Assembly: GCA_963755025.1 (NCBI GenBank)
Contig: CAVWIH010000026.1
Coordinates: 40,775-104,774 of the forward strand
DNA length: 64,000 bases
Direction of reading: 5' to 3'
Source of the DNA: an uncultured Actinomycetes bacterium
GTDB taxonomy: Bacteria; Actinomycetota; Thermoleophilia; UBA2241
Of the stretch, positions 37,878 through 47,687 are shown piece after piece. The translations under genes were made by a program, and so were the position numbers. The notes under the pieces are model-generated. The model saw only the letters and a program-made list of their open reading frames with translations. It had not been told where the DNA came from and searched no databases. The number at the start of each line of letters is the position of its first letter. The stretch's first letter is position 1.

Positions 37878-39545
37878 GTGCGCGGCCGGGCCGCGGTGGC
37901 TCTTCGCGTCGGTGCGCTCGCCGTGCTGCTCGCGGTCGGCTGGCTTGCGCTACGCCCGCCCCCGGCCACGGCGCACGCCCTGCTGATCCGCGCGGTCCCG
38001 GCCGTCAACGGCACGGTAGCGACGTCGCCGACAGAGCTCTTGCTGACCTTCACCGAGCCGGTCGACCCGACCCTGTCACACGTGCAGGTGGTCGACACGC
38101 GCGGGCGGGCGGTCCCCGGCGTACTCCCGTCGCGGGCCGTGCCCGGCGACGCGCAGCAGCTCCGGGTGCCACTGGCCCGCGCCCTGCCTCACGGCGTCTA
38201 CACGGTCGATTGGCAGACGGTCTCAGCGCTCGACGGTCACCTCGCCGGGGGCGCCTACGCCTTCGGGGTCGGCGTCGCCAACGTCGGCGCCGTGGCGCCC
38301 TTCGGCAAGTACGTGCGCACCTCCCGCTGGTTGACGGGGACCGCCGCGGCGGGCCGCTGGTCGCTGTGGACGGGGCTCGTCTTGTTGTTTGGTGCGGCCT
38401 GTGTGTGTCTGATCGTGTGGCGAGGCTCGCTGCCGGCCGGTGGCGGAGCGCTCCTCGGGCTGGGCTGGCTGCTCGCCGCGGTGGGCGTGTCGACCGTCAT
38501 CCTCACCGAGCGCGCCATCGTACGGGCGCCATCGCTGCTGCCGCTCTTCGAGACGCACGAGGGGATGGTGCTGCTCGGACAGGGCGCGGCCGTGCTCGTC
38601 GCCTGCGGCCTTGCCGTGTACGCGGTGAACGCGCTGCCGCGGAGCGCCACGCTGGTCGGGCTCGCCGCCGCGGCCGCCGTGGCTATGCTGTCCGTCGTCT
38701 GGGGGAGCCACGCCAACGGCGTCTCCGTCTACCGGCCGGTCGACCTTACCTTGCAGTGGCTGCACGTCGTCGCCGTCGGCGCCTGGATCGGCGGACTGGC
38801 CTGGCTCCTGCTCGGGCTGCGGGGGCTGGGACGATCCGACCGGGCCGCCGCCGCCCGCCGCTTCTCGGCCGTCGCCACGGTGAGTCTGGGCGTGGTCCTG
38901 CTCACCGGCCTCGCGCGGGCCGTGGCCGAGGTCGGCACCCTGGCGAATCTTGTGCACACGAGCTTTGGGACGCTTCTCCTCGTCAAACTGGCGCTGTTCT
39001 GCGTGCTGATCGCGCTCGGAGCTCGCAACCACTTCGTGCTCGTCCCTGCCCAGGCGCGCGACGACGCGGCGGCTCCCTTTCGACGCACGCTACGCGGCGA
39101 GCTGGTCCTGGGGGTGGGCATCATCGCCGTGACGGGCGTGCTCGGCGGGCTCGCCCCGGCGACGTTCAGCGCCGCGGCGGCCAAGGCTGCGGCCTCGAGC
39201 CGTGTCGTGCTGGCGGGCAGCGACTACGCCACGACGGTCCGCGTGCGACTCGTCGTCAGCCCCGGGACCGTCGGTTCCAACCAGTTCACCGCGACCGTCG
39301 ACGAGTACGCGACGGGGCGGCCGCTGAGCGGAGTGCGCAGCGTCGACCTTGGCTTCTCCCTACCGGGCCAGGTCGTGGTGCAGCCCTCGTCGCTGGCCCT
39401 CGGCGGAGGCCCGGGCGGCGTCTGGCGAGGGTCCGGGCTCGAGCTTTCGGTCGAGGGGCGCTGGAACGTCCGCGTGTTGGTCGAGCAGGCGACGTCGGCG
39501 GTCGAGGTGCCGCTCGTGATCGACGTCGCCCGGCCGGGCGGGTAG
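37878..39545 (+). CDS. CopC-CopD fusion copper resistance/uptake protein (YcnJ-like)
   Basis: ATA-HALL..P; WQTVSALDGH; LH..AVGAWIGGL; RRFS CopD motifs. Confidence 0.85.
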   Translation: MRGRAAVALRVGALAVLLAVGWLALRPPPATAHALLIRAVPAVNGTVATSPTELLLTFTEPVDPTLSHVQVVDTRGRAVPGVLPSRAVPGDAQQLRVPLARALPHGVYTVDWQTVSALDGHLAGGAYAFGVGVANVGAVAPFGKYVRTSRWLTGTAAAGRWSLWTGLVLLFGAACVCLIVWRGSLPAGGGALLGLGWLLAAVGVSTVILTERAIVRAPSLLPLFETHEGMVLLGQGAAVLVACGLAVYAVNALPRSATLVGLAAAAAVAMLSVVWGSHANGVSVYRPVDLTLQWLHVVAVGAWIGGLAWLLLGLRGLGRSDRAAAARRFSAVATVSLGVVLLTGLARAVAEVGTLANLVHTSFGTLLLVKLALFCVLIALGARNHFVLVPAQARDDAAAPFRRTLRGELVLGVGIIAVTGVLGGLAPATFSAAAAKAAASSRVVLAGSDYATTVRVRLVVSPGTVGSNQFTATVDEYATGRPLSGVRSVDLGFSLPGQVVVQPSSLALGGGPGGVWRGSGLELSVEGRWNVRVLVEQATSAVEVPLVIDVARPGG

Positions 39546-39555
39546 GGCTGACTGC

Positions 39556-40755
39556 ATGAGGTTCCGCGGTCTTAGCGAGCTCGCCCTCCGCGATCTCGCC
39601 GGCAACGAGCTGCGCAGCTGGTTGCTCGGCTTGTGCGCTCTGTGCATCGCCGCGTTCGCGGTCGCCACCGTGCTCGTCGTGCACGGCGCCCAGGAGAGCC
39701 TGCACCTGGCCGCCGATCGCCTGGGCGCCGACGTCGTCGTGGTGCCGCGCGGCGCCGAGACCCAGGTCGACGGGGCGCTGCTGATGGGCACCGTCTCCAG
39801 GGTCTGGATGCCGAGCTCGACGGTCGCCCGAGTCGCTGCCGTGCGCGGCGTCGCTGTGGCCTCGCCACAGATCTACCTGGAGTCGCTCCCGCACGCGTCG
39901 TGCTGCGCCGTGAACCACCTGTTCATCGTCGCCTACGACCCGCGGACGGACTTCACCGTGGGGCCGTGGCTGCACCGGGGGTTGGGCGGCGATCTGGGCC
40001 TGGAGCAGGCCGTGGGCGGCTGTCGCGTGACCGTGCCCGTCGATCACAACGTCATGCTCTACGGCTACACGATGTGGCTGCGCGGCAAGCTCGAGCCCAC
40101 CGGCACCAACCTCGACCACACCCTGTTCATCACCCTGCCCACGGCCTACGCCATGGCGCGCAGCTCGCGCACGACGGCGGTGCGTGCGCTGGTCATCCCA
40201 AAAGACAGCGTCTCCTCGGTCATGGTAAAGGTGAGGCCCGGGGCCGATCCGGGCGCCGTCGCCCGTGCCATCTCCGCCACGGTCCCCGGTGTGGCGGCGA
40301 TCGTCAGCCCGCGGATGTTCGCCACCTACCGGGCGCAGATCGGCGACCTGCTGCACCTGATGCTCGTGGTGCTCGGTCTCCTGCTGGTCATGGCCGCGGC
40401 CGTCACGGCCGCCCTCTTCGCCATGGCCGCCAACGAGCGGCGCCGCGAGCTCGGCGTGCTGCGCGCCCTGGGCGCCACCCGCGGCGCCGTCCTCGCTTCG
40501 CTGCTGGGAGAGGCACTGATCCTGGCGCTGGCCGGCGGCCTGGCCGGCGCCGTCGTGGCCGCAGCCGGCGTTGCGCTGTTCCACACGCTGCTCGCGTCAG
40601 TGCTGGGCTTTCCGTTCCTGTTCCCCTCGTTCGGCCGGCTCGCCGGCGAAGTCGCGCTGGGGCTCGCCCTCGCGCTGGCCGTGGTCGGCGCCGCGGCCGC
40701 GCTGCCGGCCCTGCGCGTCAGCCGCCAAGAGCCGGCCGTCGCCATGCGCGAATGA
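39556..40755 (+). CDS. ABC transporter permease (MacB/FtsX type)
   Basis: RLGADVVVVP, ERRRELGVLRALGA; extracytoplasmic ASCC motif. Confidence 0.88.
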   Translation: MRFRGLSELALRDLAGNELRSWLLGLCALCIAAFAVATVLVVHGAQESLHLAADRLGADVVVVPRGAETQVDGALLMGTVSRVWMPSSTVARVAAVRGVAVASPQIYLESLPHASCCAVNHLFIVAYDPRTDFTVGPWLHRGLGGDLGLEQAVGGCRVTVPVDHNVMLYGYTMWLRGKLEPTGTNLDHTLFITLPTAYAMARSSRTTAVRALVIPKDSVSSVMVKVRPGADPGAVARAISATVPGVAAIVSPRMFATYRAQIGDLLHLMLVVLGLLLVMAAAVTAALFAMAANERRRELGVLRALGATRGAVLASLLGEALILALAGGLAGAVVAAAGVALFHTLLASVLGFPFLFPSFGRLAGEVALGLALALAVVGAAAALPALRVSRQEPAVAMRE

Positions 40756-41525
40756 GCGCGACGATCTGCCTGCGCGGCGTCGCCAAGCGCTACGAGACCG
40801 GTCGCGACCGACCTGTCGAAGCCTTGCGCGCGATCGACCTCGACATCGATCGGGGGGAGTTCGTCGTCGTCACCGGTCGTTCGGGGGCGGGCAAGACCAC
40901 CCTGCTCAACGTGGTCGCCGGCCTCGCGCGACCGACCAGCGGCACGGTCACGGTCGACGGGGTCGACCTCTGGCAGCTTTCCGACCGGCGACTCTCGCGC
41001 CTGCGCAACCGGCGCATGGGCTGCGTCTTTCAGTTTCCCAGCCTGCTGGCATCGCTGCCCGTCCTGCAAAACGTGCTGCTACCGCTCTCGTTTGCCGGCG
41101 CCGCAGACGGCGCTGGGCGAGCGCGGGCCGTCGAGCTGCTGACCATGGTCGGTCTCGGTGACAGGCTGACGGCGTATCCGCGGCAACTGTCGGCGGGCCA
41201 GCAGCAGCGCGTCGTCGTCGCCCGGGCGCTCGTCAACCGTCCCGCGCTGTTGCTGGCCGACGAACCAAGTAGCGACCTCGACGAGGGGACCGAGGCCGAG
41301 ATCATGGACCTGTTCCGCCGCGTGCACGCGGAGACCGGCGTGACGATCGCCCTGGTCACCCACACCACGCAGCTCGTCGCTTACGGCACGCGCCACATCG
41401 CCATGGCGGAGGGGGCGATCGCCGCCGCCGCATGTCCTGGGGGCGGCGCGCGCCTGCCGGGCGCGGCCGACGCGCCGGCCGATGTCCGTTGGGCCTCGCC
41501 TGCGGGGAAGACTGCAGACCTATGA
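40752..41525 (+). CDS. ABC transporter ATP-binding protein (LolD-like)
   Basis: GRSGAGKTT, LSAGQQQR, LLADEP; ATGA overlap with the permease. Confidence 0.92.
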   Translation: MSATICLRGVAKRYETGRDRPVEALRAIDLDIDRGEFVVVTGRSGAGKTTLLNVVAGLARPTSGTVTVDGVDLWQLSDRRLSRLRNRRMGCVFQFPSLLASLPVLQNVLLPLSFAGAADGAGRARAVELLTMVGLGDRLTAYPRQLSAGQQQRVVVARALVNRPALLLADEPSSDLDEGTEAEIMDLFRRVHAETGVTIALVTHTTQLVAYGTRHIAMAEGAIAAAACPGGGARLPGAADAPADVRWASPAGKTADL

Positions 41526-42351
41526 TCGCCTACATCACCATCAATATCGACCCCATCATCGGCCACCTCGGTCCCTTCGCCGTGCGCTGGTATCCGCTGA
41601 TCATGGTCCTCGGGGTCATCGTCGGCGCCTTCATCTTCGCCGGTCAGCTGCGCCGTAAGGGCATCGAGTCGGGGCACGTGACCGCCATGCTCGCCGTCGT
41701 CGTGCCCAGTGCGATCGTCGGCGCCCGCCTCTTCAGCGTGCTCGACAACTGGAGCTACTACTCGCACCACCTGCTCGCCATCGTCAAACCGCCCTACGTG
41801 GGCCTGGCGATCTACGGCGTGCTCACCGGCGGCCTGCTCGCCCTGGCCATCTACTGCCGCGTGAAGAAGCTCCCCGTGCTGCGCGTGCTGGACTGCCTCG
41901 CCCTGGCCATCCCGGTCGGCCAGATCATCGGTCGATGCGCCAACATCATCAACGGCGACACCTGGGGCTCGCCCACACGGCTGCCGTGGGGCTTTGTCTA
42001 CACCAATCCGCACGCCTGCTGCCGGCCGACCTGCTCGGCGTGCCGACGCACCCCACGCCGGTCTACGAGCAGCTCTGGCTGGCAGTCATGGTCGCCATCC
42101 TCTGGTATGCCGTGCCACGACTGAAGACCGACGGCATGGCCATACTGCTCTATCTCGGTCTCTACTCGTTCGGCCGCTTCTTCATCTCGTTCTACCGGGT
42201 CAACAACATCATCGTGCTCGGCCTGAGGGAGGCGCAGATCGTCGCCCTGGTCGTGCTCGTGGCGGTGGGACCGGCGGCGTGGCTGCTGCGCCGCCGCGCC
42301 CGGCGAGCGGGTGCCGCGGCAGCCCCCACACAACGGCGACGCGCCGCCTGA
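41522..42351 (+). CDS. lgt: Prolipoprotein diacylglyceryl transferase (frameshift ~42015)
   Basis: VRWY, IVGARL, GLAIYG, GQIIGRCANIINGD, HPTPVYE. Confidence 0.85.
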
Positions 42352-42384
42352 CCCGATCGCGTCGCGCCGCCGCGACGTTGCCGG

Positions 42385-43863
42385 CTATCGCACCGCGACG
42401 CCCTTCTCGGCGGCTGCGGCGGCGATGACGTTTTCGATGTGCTGGGCGGCGCCGTCGGGCAGCGGCAGGGGGTGGTGGGTGGCGAGGATCTCGTCGACCC
42501 TGTCGGTGACGCGTTGCGCTTCGGATCTGCCCTCGGCCACCCAGCCGTCGTACGAGCCGCGCACGAAGAGCTGCGGCAGCTGCAGCTCGCCGCTGCGCAG
42601 GAAGCGGCGCGTCTCGCGGGCGGCCAGGAAGTGGCCGCCCGGCCCCACCCGCGCCGTGACGTCGAACATGACGTGCTCGTCGTCGAAGGCGACGCCGGCC
42701 ATGAGGCGCTGGCCCTGGCGGATGAGCTCGGCGTCGAGCAGCATCTTGGGCAGGTAGAGCAGCTGGGCCGAGTCGAGCATGCCGACGCCGGTCAGCAGGT
42801 CGGCTCCGGCGAGCATGGTGCAGTACGCCATCGGCGCGCCGTCGGAGCCGACCTGCACGCAGAGCTCCTTGGCGTCTGACGACAGGCCGCAGGAGAGCAC
42901 CGGCACGCCGTAGTGGCGCCCCATCTCGGTGAGCGCCAGGTTGAGCAGGACCTCTTCGGGGCCGGCCGAGGTGTAGGTCGAGGTGCGCATGTCCATGATG
43001 CCGGCGTTGCCCACGTAGATCAGCGGGCAGCCCGGCACGGCGAGCTGCAGGATGGCGAAGGCGGCCAGGCCCTCGGCGTTGGTCTGCACGGCGGTGCCGG
43101 CCAGGGTGAGCGGCGCGGTGGCGCCGGCCATGGCCAGGCTGTAGACGGTGATGGGCACGCCCTGCTCGGCGAGCAGGATGGCCGCCTCGAGGCTGTCGGC
43201 GTCGTGCTGCAGCGGGCTCACCGGGCAGTAGACGATCGAGAAGATGGGGCGCTCGGGCCGCCACACGCCGCCCGGGCTCGCGGCCGCGAGGATCTCCATG
43301 ACGTAGGGCACGTCGGCGGGGTCGGTGACCTCGCCCTGCACGTGCTTGGCGCTGCCGGTGAGCATGGCCTGCAGGCCGCGCAGCGACTGCAGGTCGGGCT
43401 CTTCGTCGCAGGGGTAGGCGGTGTACCAGAGCACGCCGACCTCGTCGAGCGCGTCGGCGACGGTCATGGCCTCGCGCAGGTCGCGGGCCGTCGAGGGGCG
43501 CCGCTCGCCGGTACGGTGGTCGAGGCACATGGCGCCCATGCCGTCGTGGGTGGCCCAGGTGCGCGTGTGGTCGAGCAGCGCGTCCTTTTCGGGGTCGCGC
43601 GCGGCCAGCAGCACGTGCTGGGGGGCGCGGGCGAGGGCCGACTCGACGAGCTCGCGCGGCAGGCGCACGATCTGCGTCTCTTCGTCGACCGCGGCGCCCG
43701 CGTCGCGCAGCAGCGCCTGGGCGCGGGCCAGCGGCACGCGCACGCCGACCTCGGCGAGCAGCCGCAGCGACTGCGCGTGCACGTAGTCGATGGCCGCTTC
43801 GTCGAGCATGCTCAGTCGCGGGCGCAGCACGCCGGCGAAGCCGCCGCCCGTCGGGGAGCTCAT
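42385..43863 (-). CDS. MttB-superfamily methyltransferase, non-pyrrolysine
   Basis: LAARDP, SPLQ, MAGATAPLTLAG, DMRT, SDAK, VGPGGHFL; no in-frame amber codon. Confidence 0.88.
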   Translation of the reverse strand: MSSPTGGGFAGVLRPRLSMLDEAAIDYVHAQSLRLLAEVGVRVPLARAQALLRDAGAAVDEETQIVRLPRELVESALARAPQHVLLAARDPEKDALLDHTRTWATHDGMGAMCLDHRTGERRPSTARDLREAMTVADALDEVGVLWYTAYPCDEEPDLQSLRGLQAMLTGSAKHVQGEVTDPADVPYVMEILAAASPGGVWRPERPIFSIVYCPVSPLQHDADSLEAAILLAEQGVPITVYSLAMAGATAPLTLAGTAVQTNAEGLAAFAILQLAVPGCPLIYVGNAGIMDMRTSTYTSAGPEEVLLNLALTEMGRHYGVPVLSCGLSSDAKELCVQVGSDGAPMAYCTMLAGADLLTGVGMLDSAQLLYLPKMLLDAELIRQGQRLMAGVAFDDEHVMFDVTARVGPGGHFLAARETRRFLRSGELQLPQLFVRGSYDGWVAEGRSEAQRVTDRVDEILATHHPLPLPDGAAQHIENVIAAAAAEKGVAVR

Positions 43864-44020
43864 GCGAGCACCAGGCCGAAGCCGCCGCTGCGCGGCCGGC
43901 CGGCGAACAGGTTCCGTTTCACGCGGTGACCTCCGTTCGGGGAGCGAGCATACCGGCGACCGCGTGGGGCGGGGCCGGTGACTGCGCTGATTAAGTCAGT
44001 CGGATGAATCATTCTGTGGT

Positions 44021-44048
44021 AGTCTACGAGCCTGTAGCGGACTGTCAA
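44021..44048 (-). promoter_or_regulatory. sigma70-type promoter for the MttB gene
   Basis: Minus strand TTGACA-N16-TAGACT in the divergent mttB/tetR intergenic region. Confidence 0.55.
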
Positions 44049-44105
44049 GCGGTGCCGCGGGCGGTCCGGCTGCCGAGTCGTCACGCCGTCAACGGGGGGT
44101 CGTCG

Positions 44106-44789
44106 ATGTCACAGGAGAAGAACGCGCGTCGCTGGGAGGTCGGCGGCCGTCCGGCGCCGGGCGCCGACCCTGCCGCCGACCTCGCGCCGACGGCGGCGCG
44201 CATCCTCGAGGCCAGCAAGCGCTTGCTCGACGAAAAAGGGTTCACCGGCCTCACCTTCGAGGCGATCGCCGCCGAGGCCCACGAGAACAAGGGGAGCATC
44301 CGCTACCACTTCGGCAACAAGGCCGGGCTGATCGAGGCCCTGGCCGACTCGGTGGTCCACGACGACAACGTCGCGCTGCTCAAGGCCCTGCGCAAGCCCG
44401 GCGCCGGCGGCGCCGACCACGTGGCCATGCTGCTGGCCATGCACCGGCGCTCGACCAAGGCGCAGCTGGGCTACCGGCGCTTCTGGGACCTCTTTCCGCA
44501 GCTCATTCGCGACGAGGAGCTGCGGCCGCGCATGGCCGAGCTGTACCGCTGGTATCGCGACCTCGACGAGTGGGCGCTGGCGCCCGACGCCGACGCGCGC
44601 CTCAAGCGCGAGCTCGACCCGCTGGCGGCCCTCACGGTGGCCGTCTGCGACGGCCTCGCCGAGCAGGTCGCCGCCGACCGCGACTTCGACGTCGACGCCG
44701 TGTTCGACTACTGGGAGGTCGTCGTGCGCGAGCTGCGCGACCGGGCCTTTCGCGCGGCCGGGCTCGAGCCTGGAGAGCCGCGGCCGTAG
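44106..44789 (+). CDS. TetR-family transcriptional regulator
   Basis: RILEASKRLLDEKGFTGLTFEAIA...IRYHFGNK HTH. Confidence 0.9.
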   Translation: MSQEKNARRWEVGGRPAPGADPAADLAPTAARILEASKRLLDEKGFTGLTFEAIAAEAHENKGSIRYHFGNKAGLIEALADSVVHDDNVALLKALRKPGAGGADHVAMLLAMHRRSTKAQLGYRRFWDLFPQLIRDEELRPRMAELYRWYRDLDEWALAPDADARLKRELDPLAALTVAVCDGLAEQVAADRDFDVDAVFDYWEVVVRELRDRAFRAAGLEPGEPRP

Positions 44790-44882
44790 TCGCGAAGGCG
44801 AGCCGCGGCTCTCGTGCCGGCGTGAGCCGTGGCCCCTGTGCCGGCGCGAGCCGCGGCCCCCGCGCGCGGCTCGCCGGCCGGT

Positions 44883-45724
44883 CTACCCCAGGATGAGGCG
44901 CTGCGGGTCGACCTCGTCGCGCAGGATGCGCAGCTCGTCGGCGGTCGGCGGCACGGCGTCGACGGCGCGCGAGGTGTCGAGCGCGAATCCCGTGTTGTCG
45001 GCGATGTGGGCGTCGCTCACGCCGGGGTAGCGCTCGGCCAGGTACATCTCGTGGCTGGTCTCGTCGAACTTGAGCACGCAGAGGTCGGTGACCACGGCCA
45101 GCGGGCCGCCGCGGCGAAAGCCGGCCTTGTGGCGGCTGTCGCCGCCCTCGAGCCAGCCGGGGCTCGTGAGGTAGTCGAGGCGTCTCCACGAACTTGCGCC
45201 GTCCGTGCTGCATGAAGACGATGAAGGCCGAGGCCAGCGAGGCCGCGTCGCTGGCGCCGCCGCTGCCCGAGAAGCGCACGGTGGGGTGCTCGTAGTCGCC
45301 GATGCAGGTCGAGTTCAGGTTGCCGTAGCTTGTCGATCTGGGCGGCTCCCAGAAAGGCGATCGTGTGCAGCCGCGGGCTGGCGATGTACGAGAACGCCTC
45401 GATGATGCCGGCGTTGATGCAGGTGCCGTCCATGACGCGCGGGTCGGCCACCGCGAGCGGGATCTCGTCGAGCGACGGGTCGATGCCGCCGGTCTCGACG
45501 AACACCACGGCGCCCGGCGCGTGGATGCGCTTTGCGCAGCCGGCGGCGAGCAGCGCCACGCCGGTGCCGGCGAACAGGATGTCGCCGTCCGACACAAAGC
45601 GCCCGGCGGCGATCGCCATCATCTCGCGCGGGGTGAAGGGTTGCGTGTTGGCCACGGGCTGCGCGTCGGCCAAAGGCTGCGCGTCGGCCGTTCGCTGCGC
45701 GTCGCTGTCGAGTCGCTCGCTCAT
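44883..45724 (-). CDS. CoA-transferase subunit B (glutaconate CoA-transferase-like), frameshifted
   Basis: FAGTG, FLGAAQID, GNLNST, SGSGGASD, VTDLCVL. Confidence 0.82.
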
Positions 45725-45728
45725 CGCC

Positions 45729-46722
45729 TCACCGCCTGTCCAGTCCGATGGCGTAGCCGCGCACCGGGTCGGCCTTGATGCGCGCGAGCTGGTCGGCGCC
45801 GATCTCTGGCCACGTACTCGTCGTGGCCGGCGAGCGCCGTAGACCCACTCGTCGAGAAACGCCGCCCAGGCCTGGTCGTCGCGCGCGGCGCGCGCGTAGT
45901 CGTTCAAAAAGCCGGGGTCGTAGTCGTAGAAGAAGCGGCAAGCGGTGGGGTGGGCGCCGTAGTGGCACGCACACGATGGCGTCGACCAGGAACGGCGGCA
46001 GCGCGTTCTGGTCGGGGTCGGCGCGCAGCGTCGGCGGCCGGCACGATCTCCTCGCAGGTCACGACGACCGCCTTGGCGGCCTTGGCCTGCTCCAAGTCGG
46101 CGAAGGTCAGGCCCTTGATGCGCACGGTGCCGTCGTCGCCCACGGTCTGCACGTGCAGCACGGTCAGGTCGGGCGTGAGGGCGGGCAGCAGCACGAGGTC
46201 GCCGCCGTCGGCCTCGCCGTCGCCGTCAAACGGGTCGGGCATGACGACGAGCTTCTGGGCGGGCAGGCCGTGGGCGGCTCGGTAGGCCGGCGAGAAGCCC
46301 TGACGGGCGACGAGGTCGGTGTGCAGGCCCGACTTGGTGGGGATGAAGGGCACGTTCAGCGCGCCCGCCAGAAAGCGCAGCGCCATGTGGTAGTTGGAGT
46401 AGTCCTCGACAGCGACCTCGCCGCGCTCGGCCGCGCGGCGAAAGCGCACGCAGGTGGGGGCGAAGCGGCCGTTGCCGCCGTAGGCCACCTCGATGCGGCT
46501 CACGCAGCCGGCCCCGACCAGCGTGTCGAGCGCCTGGCCGTTGGAGTGCGCCACGAGGTGCAGGCCGCGCACGCGGCGGCGCGCCATCTCGTAGACGAAG
46601 GCCATGGGGTTGCGGTTGATGGTGAAGCCGCCCAGGGCCACCACGCCGCCGTCGTGCGCAAAGCGCTCCACGGCGTCGCCTAGGGTCGTGAGCTTGCCGC
46701 CGATGTCTGACGCCGCAGTCAC
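45729..46722 (-). CDS. CoA-transferase subunit A (glutaconate CoA-transferase-like), frameshifted
   Basis: ALGGFTINRNP, LRFLAGALNVPFIP, PALTPD..LHVQ..D..G. Confidence 0.82.
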
Positions 46723-46774
46723 TGCCGTGCCTTTCGATCGCCACCGCTGTCGCTCCGGGCGCCCGGGTGGTCGC

Positions 46775-46876
46775 GAGAATGCGAAAGCCCCCAGGCAGCC
46801 GTGTGCGCTCGCTGGGGGCCCGTGGCCGCGCTGGACGGCCGGTGAAGCGGCGTCGTCCGAGCTACGGAAGCAGCGC
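46775..46876 (-). promoter_or_regulatory. Structured 5' leader with terminator hairpin, copy A (candidate attenuator/riboswitch)
   Basis: Follows TTGCGC-N16-TAGGAT; shares GCCCCCAGCGAGCGCACACGGC and predicted fold with 47517-47620. Confidence 0.6.
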
Positions 46877-46976
46877 TGCCATCCTATCGCGCAGCGGCGG
46901 CGGCGCAAGGCCGGGTCGGGTAGACTACGGGCGTCGTGGCGCGGCCCCCGGGGCCGCGCGCGCCGGAGGTGACGCT

Positions 46977-47338
46977 CTGCAGACGTATCTGTTTTCGGGT
47001 TACGCACGCCTGCCGCAAGACGTCTCGCACCAGAACGTCAATCGCCGCGTGGGCATCGTGGTCGAGCTCGACGAGCGCGGCGTGGTCACCGCCTGCTCGA
47101 GCACGCTCCTCATGGACCTCGCCCGCGACTTCTTCGCGCGCCTGCTGACCGGCCGCTCGCTCGTCACCGAGCGCGCCGAGATCGAGGCGACATCCACACC
47201 TTCTACCTGGGCCACTCCCAGGCCGCTCTGCTGTTCGCCCTGCATCAGGTCTTCGAGGCCGTCGACCTCTCGACGGCGCCGTTCGCGGCCGGGGGCGCCA
47301 CGCCGAGGGCTCGGCGCCGACCGGCGGTCGGCGAGTAG
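46977..47338 (+). CDS. DUF3870-family protein (apparent CTG start, frameshift ~47190)
   Basis: TYLFSGYARLPQ...GIVVELD..GVV..CSSTL pattern; GGAGGT RBS 6 nt before CTG. Confidence 0.6.
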
Positions 47339-47516
47339 CCCGAAGGGCCGCAACGACAGGCGGAGGCGAGTAGCCCGAGGGGCTCGGCGCCGACGGGCGG
47401 CGGGTTGCCACGGCGCCGGAGGCGTGGCCCGAGGGGCCGCGACGGACCAGTCGCCCGGCCGGCGCGGGACACGCCGTCACGTTGTCGGCGGCGCGGCGGC
47501 GCGTATATGATTCGTG

Positions 47517-47620
47517 GTGCTGCACACATGGCTCGGCGCGGCCTTTCCGGTCGGCGCCGCAGCGGCCATGAGCCCCCAGCGAGCGCACACGGCGCGTCTC
47601 TGGGGGCGTTCTTGCTTTTC
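47517..47620 (+). promoter_or_regulatory. Structured 5' leader with terminator hairpin, copy B
   Basis: Follows TTGTCG-N18-TATGAT; GCCCCCAG...CTGGGGGC followed by GTTCTTGCTTTTC. Confidence 0.6.
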
Positions 47621-47687
47621 GGGGGCGCCGGACGCGCGATGGCGAGCAAGAGCGCGGCCGGTCGCCGGTCGCGACGAGGAGGAGCGC

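Noticed and set aside
42385-43863. Pyrrolysine recoding in MttB; selenocysteine in HgcA/HgcB
   Set aside because: No in-frame TAG or TGA at the relevant positions; HgcB ends in TAA
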